From assembly GCA_040387855.1 (NCBI GenBank), contig JAZKCY010000001.1, positions 910,922 to 974,921 on the forward strand: a stretch of DNA of 64,000 nt, written 5' to 3'. The position numbers and the translations under genes are program-made. Below, in pieces: positions 56,986-64,000 of the stretch. Below the pieces are notes generated by a model. The model was not told where the DNA came from. It worked only from the letters and a program-made list of their open reading frames with translations, and ran no database searches. Positions within the stretch are counted from its first letter, which is position 1. Each line of letters begins with the position of its first letter. The stretch is from Patescibacteria group bacterium. Its GTDB lineage: Bacteria > Patescibacteriota > Minisyncoccia > Phycocordibacterales > JAKAEA01.

Positions 56986-58044
56986 TTATTTAGAAATAAT
57001 TATTTCTCCTATCGCAGCTCTAAATGCATTTATAACAGACGCATCTTTTGGTCGTGTTGGATAAATGCGATTTGTTAATACAACATACGCAATTCCCTTT
57101 TCAACATCGCATACACAAAGCGTTCCGGTAAAACCCGTTTTCCCAAACGTATGAGGCCCACAATTTTTTCCCATAAATCGAGGCTGATTGAGCTCCCATC
57201 CAAGTCCAGTAGAATCTCCCAAAGTTTCAATCTGATTAGTACCCATTTCACCAATCATCTTTTCTGAAAAATAGGTGGTACCCTTAAAAGTCCCTTTGTG
57301 TAGAAGCATTTCTAAAAAAGTGAGGGTATCTCCAGCTGTAGAAAACAATCCCGCATGCCCCACGACTTTGTTTCCTTTAGTTTTAAATATGTATGCGCTT
57401 TCATCGTGTACCACCCCCTGCACAATTCCCCGGTTATCGATCTCAGTTGGCACGATTTCTTCTTTACTAAGAAGTTCTGGATGAAAGGTAGTTCGCGTCA
57501 TTCCCAATGGTTTATAGAAATATTCTTGGGCAAGCACATCTAATGTACTGCCGTATATTTTTTCAACGACCAAACCTAAAAGATATGCAGGAATATTTGT
57601 ATACTTGAATACTTTTCCTGGAGGACTGTTGAAGTCATGCTTCATAATATATGCATGCAATTCTTCTGGTGGTATGTCCCCTAAAGATGCCAAACCATAT
57701 CCATCTATTGTATAGGTAAGCAAATGCCTAATGAGCACTGTATCTTTATCAGAATTAGAAAACTCTGGAATGTAATCAACTAATTTATCTTCAACACTTA
57801 GTTTCCCTTCATCAATAAGTTTTAGAGCTAAGCATCCAGTTGCAAGAGATTTTGTAAGTGATGCTACATCAAAGATAGAATCTGATTTTACTTCTTGAGC
57901 TCCCGCATCATAGGTAAAATTCCCAAACGGAAGAATATTCCGTTCGCCATTTGTTTTTACATAGCCTATTACTCCTCCAGGAAAAATCTTAGCGTCTATA
58001 GCTTCTTGAGCTTTTTGTAAAATCTGTTCGTCCATAAAATCCAT
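56986..58044 (-). CDS. Serine hydrolase (beta-lactamase class C-like)
   Basis: Motifs FDVASLTK (SxxK), YTN, G.VHDE.A, GHAGLFS and GKTGFTG. Confidence 0.88.
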   Translation of the reverse strand: MDFMDEQILQKAQEAIDAKIFPGGVIGYVKTNGERNILPFGNFTYDAGAQEVKSDSIFDVASLTKSLATGCLALKLIDEGKLSVEDKLVDYIPEFSNSDKDTVLIRHLLTYTIDGYGLASLGDIPPEELHAYIMKHDFNSPPGKVFKYTNIPAYLLGLVVEKIYGSTLDVLAQEYFYKPLGMTRTTFHPELLSKEEIVPTEIDNRGIVQGVVHDESAYIFKTKGNKVVGHAGLFSTAGDTLTFLEMLLHKGTFKGTTYFSEKMIGEMGTNQIETLGDSTGLGWELNQPRFMGKNCGPHTFGKTGFTGTLCVCDVEKGIAYVVLTNRIYPTRPKDASVINAFRAAIGEIIISK

Positions 58045-58045
58045 T

Positions 58046-58465
58046 CTATACTTTCAACTTCTTCGCAAAATACTCTTCCATCATTTTCACGCTTCTTTTA
58101 TCTTTCTTTCGTGGCAAATTTTTTGCAAAAGCTAATAAATCTTCCAATCGTAAAAACGGCACGCCATCATGCATCTCTGCCCTATCAATGAGATCCTGAG
58201 TCTTTGGTCGATACTTCCATGTCCAATGAATGTTGGTGAATGCCTCATTTTCACCATTAACGATTGCTTTGCACCACAACGTTCTCCAGAAAAACCATTT
58301 ACGCTTCCATCCCTGCTTTTTTAATTCTTTATACAAATCTTGTGTTACCAAAACATCAACATCTTTTGCTTTTCGAATGCCATGCACTTCCATTACCCCG
58401 CTGCCAAAGACACAGTATTTTCCTAAGGGTAAGTTGAGAGCTTTTGCTCGAGAGATGATGTCCAT
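58046..58465 (-). CDS. Nucleotidyltransferase-fold hypothetical protein
   Basis: GSG.M..HGIR...DVD pattern and R.KD near the C-terminus. Confidence 0.6.
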   Translation of the reverse strand: MDIISRAKALNLPLGKYCVFGSGVMEVHGIRKAKDVDVLVTQDLYKELKKQGWKRKWFFWRTLWCKAIVNGENEAFTNIHWTWKYRPKTQDLIDRAEMHDGVPFLRLEDLLAFAKNLPRKKDKRSVKMMEEYFAKKLKV

Positions 58466-58475
58466 ATATTTTTAA

Positions 58476-59189
58476 TTAAGCATAATTCGCAAGTATATCT
58501 TTCATTTCATCCCATGCCTTACGTAAAGAATAGGTTATGAGAGAAGATGGAGGGATATGACTAAACGCAAGATCAACTTCAACCATTCTTCTAACCTGAT
58601 CAAAACTAATAGATCCCTTTTTAATTACGGCAACAATAATATCTGCATGAATACTGAGAATCATCAGATCTTCATCCATGTATTTTCTTTCTTCATCTTC
58701 TTCATTAAACAGAGAAACTTTCTTATCATACAAAGCTTCTAGTTTAGCAACTACTTTTGGGTCATCTATATTTGCTGAGAGCTCGCCAATGGGATCAAAT
58801 GAATATTCTTCTTGAAGTTTTTGGGCGTAATGCTGTTCAAGAGACTCCTCTCGTTTTATCTCAACTTTTTCTTTTTTTATTGCTCCTGCTAGTTTGGGAT
58901 ATTCGTTAATCGCAAGTTGATTAACCTTCTCACGAAGACCACAGCTTCCAGTTACCCCTATAACACTATACATAAAACCACCTGGGTTATCTTCAGCCAT
59001 TTTCCTAATCAGATCAATATACTTAATCAGCTTGTCTGCAGAATAAAAAGATGTACTTCCTTGGACACCTTCTATTTGTCGGAGTACCTCATACAGCTCA
59101 TCAAAATTAGTAGCAGCAGCGATTTTTTCAGTCGCTATTTCGATACTATTATCATTACCTTCATCAAACCCCGGAAACTTGTCTGGCAT
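58476..59189 (-). CDS. Hypothetical protein
   Basis: 237-aa acidic ORF whose C-terminal half resembles 41788-42159. Confidence 0.65.
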   Translation of the reverse strand: MPDKFPGFDEGNDNSIEIATEKIAAATNFDELYEVLRQIEGVQGSTSFYSADKLIKYIDLIRKMAEDNPGGFMYSVIGVTGSCGLREKVNQLAINEYPKLAGAIKKEKVEIKREESLEQHYAQKLQEEYSFDPIGELSANIDDPKVVAKLEALYDKKVSLFNEEDEERKYMDEDLMILSIHADIIVAVIKKGSISFDQVRRMVEVDLAFSHIPPSSLITYSLRKAWDEMKDILANYA

Positions 59190-59265
59190 TGAATTGTTGT
59201 GTTATTTTTGTGATAAGTATACTCTCTTCATTTACACAAGTATATATATTACATACAATTCATGT

Positions 59266-59613
59266 ATGAATATATTTTTACAATGGCTAGTATCTGCTTT
59301 AGCCGTACTTATTACAGCTTACCTATTACCGGGGGTTACTCTCTCAGGATTTGGTGCAGCACTTATTGTCGCAGTAATATTAGGAGTCTTAAATATTTTT
59401 ATTCGGCCAATTCTACTCATTCTTACTCTCCCAATTAATATACTCACGTTGGGATTATTTACCTTTGTCGTAAACGCACTCATCATTATGCTTGCATCAG
59501 GAGTTTCTCCTGGCTTTTATGTTGTGAACTTTTGGTGGGCACTTATCTTTAGTGTTGTCCTTTCACTCGTAAACTCATTGTTTGATCGAATGGTTGCAAA
59601 AGATCCAAACTAG
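59266..59613 (+). CDS. YvlD/4-TMS 'phage holin family' membrane protein
   Basis: Motifs LPG, N..IRPIL..LTLP..ILTLGLF..VVNA and F..AL. Leaderless start at 59266. Confidence 0.88.
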   Translation: MNIFLQWLVSALAVLITAYLLPGVTLSGFGAALIVAVILGVLNIFIRPILLILTLPINILTLGLFTFVVNALIIMLASGVSPGFYVVNFWWALIFSVVLSLVNSLFDRMVAKDPN

Positions 59614-59850
59614 ATGACCTCGCTCGTCAAAATCCACCCTTTTACATAGCGATCTATTACCGCGTATACTTTTTATGGCTCAAAATATTGGTTATGCGAC
59701 CATATATCTGTACTCCTGTAAAAAACTGTTGTAATTACGAAGCAGTATTCCATACGGCTGAGATACCTGTTAATTACTCATATTGATCAACCCGCTGTGC
59801 TTGCTATAGTGCCAAAGTCGGTTTATTAGGGATTAAGTAGGTGTATATAA

Positions 59851-60945
59851 ATGAGTAAGCTGTTAGTTCGCAAGATCATCATGGTGACACTGGTGATGGT
59901 TCTCGCAGGAGTAAGTACTGGGGCACTTCAGGTTTTTGCCCAGATACGAGATTATAGATACGATTACGAAAAAACTAAAACAAGTCCTGAATATATTACT
60001 AGCATAAATAATTATTGGAAAAAATATTGGCAGAATTATTATAAAATAGCCGAAGCATCATCAACTCCAACTGTCGCAACAACTACTCAGCCAGTAGCAA
60101 CAACTACCCCACCACAAATACCAACTACAATGACTGGCACACAAGATACTTTTGGTATCAAAAAATTGTACACGACAATTTCTGGTGGAAAAGAATGGGC
60201 ATCATCTTGGAATAATGGTGTCGCTCGAAACTTTACAGGGGTAGATCCAAAAGATCCATGGTTTGATGCCGATCATGGTAATGCTTCATACAAAGTTGAT
60301 GGTCAGGGACAATTAAAAATTACTGGCTCTGTACCCCGCATGTATATTCACGATCCAGCTCTACAAAACAGTTGGAGAAATGTTGAGATGACCGTGTATG
60401 CTATGCGTAAGGCAGATAGCAGTACTCCATGGGGAGGTATTGTAGGTATTGCCCGTACCAATCACGGCACAACTGGAAATGAAAACGAAAACGCATGTGA
60501 TACCAGAGGGATGGGAGCTCGCATGAGATACGATGGACGAATTGATTTTGAGAAAGAAACAAAACATCCAACATCTGTTGCAGTACAAAATAAACCAATA
60601 TGGTCTGGAGGTCTTCCCTACAACACCTGGATTGGATACAAATATATTGTGTACGATCTTCCCGATGGTAACGTCAAAGCAGAATTGTGGCTTGATGAAA
60701 CCGATGGTCTCAACGGAGGTACGTGGAGGAAGGTAAATGAAATTATCGACACTGGTAAAAACTTTGGAGTTGGTGGCGCACCCTGTGCTTCAGGAATTGA
60801 TCCAGCACTACGTTTGACGAGTGGTAATTCACGGGCTGGTTCTGAATCAGGTAAACCAAACATAAGTGTGTACTTTAGAAGTGACAATGTCGGTACTGAT
60901 GGTTTGATCTATAAAAAAATGAGTGTTCGAGAGATTACTCAGTAA
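59851..60945 (+). CDS. Secreted beta-jelly-roll protein (lyase/lectin-like), distant paralog of 28717-29694
   Basis: Signal peptide and T-rich linker; D.FGI.KLY.T, WRNVEMT.Y, KE..H, WIGYK and FRSD. Confidence 0.7.
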   Translation: MSKLLVRKIIMVTLVMVLAGVSTGALQVFAQIRDYRYDYEKTKTSPEYITSINNYWKKYWQNYYKIAEASSTPTVATTTQPVATTTPPQIPTTMTGTQDTFGIKKLYTTISGGKEWASSWNNGVARNFTGVDPKDPWFDADHGNASYKVDGQGQLKITGSVPRMYIHDPALQNSWRNVEMTVYAMRKADSSTPWGGIVGIARTNHGTTGNENENACDTRGMGARMRYDGRIDFEKETKHPTSVAVQNKPIWSGGLPYNTWIGYKYIVYDLPDGNVKAELWLDETDGLNGGTWRKVNEIIDTGKNFGVGGAPCASGIDPALRLTSGNSRAGSESGKPNISVYFRSDNVGTDGLIYKKMSVREITQ

Positions 60946-60960
60946 TAATTAAAACTAAAT

Positions 60961-60990
60961 AAAAAGCTGACTCATCCGAGTCAGCTTTTT
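60961..60990. terminator. Bidirectional terminator
   Basis: AAAAAGCTGACTC-ATCC-GAGTCAGCTTTTT between convergent genes. Confidence 0.82.
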
Positions 60991-61591
60991 ATTTGTTTAA
61001 AGATTTAATGTCTGCAATAATTTCTGGAAATGTTTGTAGATTAAAATGTTTTCTATCCTCAAAAAAACGAGCATGCGCATGTGGCAAAGCCTGATAATAT
61101 TTTTCACCATTTGAAAATGGCACAACTACGTCATCTTTACTCTGATAAATAAAAATCTCGCCTCCCTGCTTCGCTAGGTTATCAAGGCTGTTTGAGAAAA
61201 TAAAATCAACAAGTGGATGTTCATCTTTTGTATTAAACGGTGCAGCTACTAGAAAAGTTCCAGCAATCTTTTTAGAAAAAGTGTTCTCAGACAAATATTT
61301 TGCAAGAAAGATTCCTCCTAATGAGTGTCCAATAAGTATAACTTCATCATCTAACAATGGAATGATTCTCTCAAACCAAATCTTCCACTCTGAATATCGA
61401 GCATTTTGTGAATTTGGCATTTGAGGGGTTAGAACATCATATTCATTACCCAACACTTCTCCCAAAGTTCTTTTCCAATCTTTTGCTCTTAATTTTTCAA
61501 GGGAAATATCTTTAGTACGTAAATATGACAGATACTCTTCATATTTTTCAAAAGCATTCCCGCCATGTAGTACAAGCATTTGCTTTGTCAT
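60989..61591 (-). CDS. Alpha/beta hydrolase (RBBP9/YdeN-like)
   Basis: Motifs LHGG, MPN, GHSLGG, S.DD.VVP and HF. Confidence 0.85.
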   Translation of the reverse strand: MTKQMLVLHGGNAFEKYEEYLSYLRTKDISLEKLRAKDWKRTLGEVLGNEYDVLTPQMPNSQNARYSEWKIWFERIIPLLDDEVILIGHSLGGIFLAKYLSENTFSKKIAGTFLVAAPFNTKDEHPLVDFIFSNSLDNLAKQGGEIFIYQSKDDVVVPFSNGEKYYQALPHAHARFFEDRKHFNLQTFPEIIADIKSLNK

Positions 61592-61714
61592 AGAGTAAGC
61601 CTACCATATATTTTATACACTTGTTATTTAATTAAAATCATGTGAATGTAGAGTCTGCTGCGGACCGTACGTTATACGGTTTGCTGTTCAGTGAGGTACG
61701 TAAGAGGAAGTGCT

Positions 61715-62578
61715 ATGCGTAAGACTGGAAAGTTTGCTTCGACGATGATCGAAGGGCTCGAGAGGCGTCGGCTGTTCGCGGTGTCGATGACGCTCGAACC
61801 CACCGGCGTGCTCAACGTCGTCGGGGATGACGGGCCCAACACCGTGACCATCACCGCGGATGCACGGGAGACGCGCGTGAGCGTGCTCGGCGTCAGCAAG
61901 GTAAAGGTCTTCAAGGGCACGCCGCAGATCGAAGTCAGCATGAAGGGCGGAGACGACATCGTTACCGCCAGGCATGTCGGGCGTGCTGCCCTGGATGCAG
62001 CCGCCAAGCACGTGTTGACCAGGATCTTCGGCGGCGACGGCAACGATAGGATCTCTGCCACGACCGATGGTGGCATCCTGATCGTGGTCGGTGACGGCGG
62101 AGCCGACATCGTCGACTTCGACAACGGCAATTCACCAATCCCAAACGGCCACATGATGCTGGGTGGCCCGGGCAACGACAAGTTGACCAACTACGGGAAG
62201 GTCTACCTCCAAAGCCAGGGCGGTGACGGTGACGACGAGATCTTCGGCGAAGACGGCAACGATGAGATCTACGGTGGCCCGGGCAACGACATCCTCCGGG
62301 GTGGCGCGGGCAACGACACGCTGAGCGGCGAAGATGGGAACGATTCCCTCTTCGGAGGCGTCGGCAACGACGTGCTCTGCATCACCAACGGAGTCGACGA
62401 GATCTTCGGCGAAGACGGCGACGACTTCGTCTACCAGATCCCGGTGACCGTGAGCAACTGGAGTCTGATCGACGGTGGTAACGGGTTCGACACCTTCTAC
62501 TACCACCCCGATACCGACCCCAGCACGCTCGGCCACACGTTCAGCAGCATCGAGATCTCGCTCCCCAATCCGTACTAG
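61715..62578 (+). CDS. GC-rich RTX/hemolysin-type Ca-binding repeat protein with a planctomycete-type LEPRxLL N-terminal motif
   Basis: IEGLERRRLFA motif; many GG.GND.L / GEDG.D nonapeptides; SD AAGAGG before ATG 61715; terminator AGACGGCAC-TGAAAG-GTGTTGTCT-T run (62602-62632). Confidence 0.8.
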   Translation: MRKTGKFASTMIEGLERRRLFAVSMTLEPTGVLNVVGDDGPNTVTITADARETRVSVLGVSKVKVFKGTPQIEVSMKGGDDIVTARHVGRAALDAAAKHVLTRIFGGDGNDRISATTDGGILIVVGDGGADIVDFDNGNSPIPNGHMMLGGPGNDKLTNYGKVYLQSQGGDGDDEIFGEDGNDEIYGGPGNDILRGGAGNDTLSGEDGNDSLFGGVGNDVLCITNGVDEIFGEDGDDFVYQIPVTVSNWSLIDGGNGFDTFYYHPDTDPSTLGHTFSSIEISLPNPY

Positions 62579-62635
62579 GAACAAGGAGCATCGTTCTTTC
62601 CAGACGGCACTGAAAGGTGTTGTCTTTTTTTATAC

Positions 62636-62992
62636 TTAAGCTTCAGCCTTCTGATATTTGGTTACAATCCCAACGGACACATCAACACTTATCCAAATCT
62701 CACTATCAGTCATCCTATTTTCAGGAGTAAATGTCAGGTGATATACATTTTCGGTATCAGGTGACTTTATTATATGAATTAATTTATATGATACACCACG
62801 AATCTCACCATCTTTAAAATGCTTAGTAAGTTCAGCCCATGCAATATCATACGCTTTCTGCTCTTGGATATTTAAAGTCATAGTTGGTTTTGTTGGTTTC
62901 TCAGCTTGTAGCTTTAATTCTTTATTCCTGATTATTAAGAACATTGCAAGACCAACAACAATCACAATTAAAACTATATACATTATTTTCAT
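62636..62992 (-). CDS. Hypothetical membrane-anchored protein
   Basis: N-terminal TM helix plus a small PepSY-like alpha/beta domain. Confidence 0.6.
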   Translation of the reverse strand: MKIMYIVLIVIVVGLAMFLIIRNKELKLQAEKPTKPTMTLNIQEQKAYDIAWAELTKHFKDGEIRGVSYKLIHIIKSPDTENVYHLTFTPENRMTDSEIWISVDVSVGIVTKYQKAEA

Positions 62993-63001
62993 ATATGAGA
63001 T

Positions 63002-63922
63002 CTACTTAAAAATCGCAGAACCACTATCCCGCTCAAGATCTAGAACAAGCTCACCTTTGCTTGTAAATAGATATCCCGCTGCTCGATCAAGTACTTTGTG
63101 AAAATCGGTTTCTTGAGAACCCTCACAATACATTTTAGTTGAAATAATATCTGAAAAATCTATTGATCCATTTTTAGTAACTACCTTTCCAGCAAAACGA
63201 TTACAATCGGTTGTTGCAGAGAATGTCTCATCCCCATTAAACTCAAGGGTAAATGCTAGGGTTTGCTTTGGCTTAATTACGGTGCCGTCACTATAGGTCA
63301 CATTAATCCAAGTCCAAGATTTCATACCCAGATTCATAACCTTTGGATCTGCCTCCCCCTCAAAATCTTTTGCCACTTCTCCAAACTGCATTGAATTTAC
63401 ATCCAATAAAAGCTGAATTGATTTTCCTACTGATGGCTTCACACTAAAGTCTTCGCCAGGTCGTCGATCAGAATAATTAACTACAACTAGTTTCTTTTCG
63501 TTTATTTCTGTAGTTTGTGGAGCGATGCGATCACCTAATAATAATCCCTGAGAACCTTCATATCCATTCACTTTATTGAGTGCTGCTACAACATAATAAA
63601 ATGTGCCGCTACCTCCAGTTTGTTGAGTGAGAATAAAAGCCACATCTTCTCGTCCGTCATTATCAAAATCGGCTTTCACTTCATTACCAAAATACTGAGT
63701 AACAATTTTTGATGATGAACCAGGAGCAGCCTCTACTTCAACCTTCCCATCTTTGAGCATTACAACTTTCCCATCAATAACGTAGGTAGCATCTTTATGT
63801 GATGCGACAGGAGCTGGAGCTTGATCCCCTTGCTTTTCATTATAGATATAGCTATTAAGCACATAAAATCCGGTAATACAAAGTATGAGAATACCAACTA
63901 GTATTATTAAAGTTTTTTTCAT
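63002..63922 (-). CDS. META (HslJ-like) domain membrane-anchored protein
   Basis: Motifs GGSGTFYY and LGDRI in the N-domain; W.W...TDCN...ST.MYC in the META domain. Leaderless start at 63922. Confidence 0.8.
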   Translation of the reverse strand: MKKTLIILVGILILCITGFYVLNSYIYNEKQGDQAPAPVASHKDATYVIDGKVVMLKDGKVEVEAAPGSSSKIVTQYFGNEVKADFDNDGREDVAFILTQQTGGSGTFYYVVAALNKVNGYEGSQGLLLGDRIAPQTTEINEKKLVVVNYSDRRPGEDFSVKPSVGKSIQLLLDVNSMQFGEVAKDFEGEADPKVMNLGMKSWTWINVTYSDGTVIKPKQTLAFTLEFNGDETFSATTDCNRFAGKVVTKNGSIDFSDIISTKMYCEGSQETDFHKVLDRAAGYLFTSKGELVLDLERDSGSAIFK

Positions 63923-64000
63923 TATGTATGTAGTATACCTCAAGAGCCTACTTTCTAATTAATACTACAATGTAACGTTTATCAGCGATTCTATGGATTT

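Noticed and set aside
59266-59613. 'Phage holin' as evidence of a prophage
   Set aside because: The YvlD-like family is a common chromosomal membrane protein, and no phage structural, lysin or integrase genes are nearby.
61672-62584. Long minus-strand ORFs (61672-62190, 62132-62584)
   Set aside because: They are antisense shadows of the GC-rich RTX gene.

Overview
AT-rich, densely coding bacterial DNA in the standard genetic code. It is most consistent with a Patescibacteria/CPR (Parcubacteria-like) genome: secE-nusG-rplK has no following rplA, most genes are leaderless and lack Shine-Dalgarno (SD) sites, and type IV pilins and CPR-typical hypotheticals are present. This assignment is inference. 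I saw no rRNA, tRNA, CRISPR array or transposase. Four main signals stand out. (1) A ~23 kb cell-surface glycan region (10.8-33.3 kb) contains a PilZ-less cellulose-synthase-like GT2 with GH8 and a GT-C transferase, a divergent polyprenol-P-sugar synthase/GtrA pair, two GH113-like hydrolases and one GH6 hydrolase sharing an unnamed Trp-rich module, two deacetylases, and a hyaluronan-synthase-like GT2 with an NDP-sugar dehydrogenase. (2) Nine intergenic, correctly oriented copies of an ECF-sigma-type promoter, (T)GTAA[GTC]-N16-CGTC, link these glycan genes with general-stress genes; an ECF sigma and a putative anti-sigma are in the window. (3) Six isolated GC-rich genes carry SD-like sites, and their GC-rich span runs from roughly the transcription start to the terminator inside AT-rich host-type promoters; one has a planctomycete-type LEPRxLL motif. 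(4) Leaderless promoters with a 16-bp -35/-10 spacer are pervasive. All product calls come from motif recognition by eye, not database searches.
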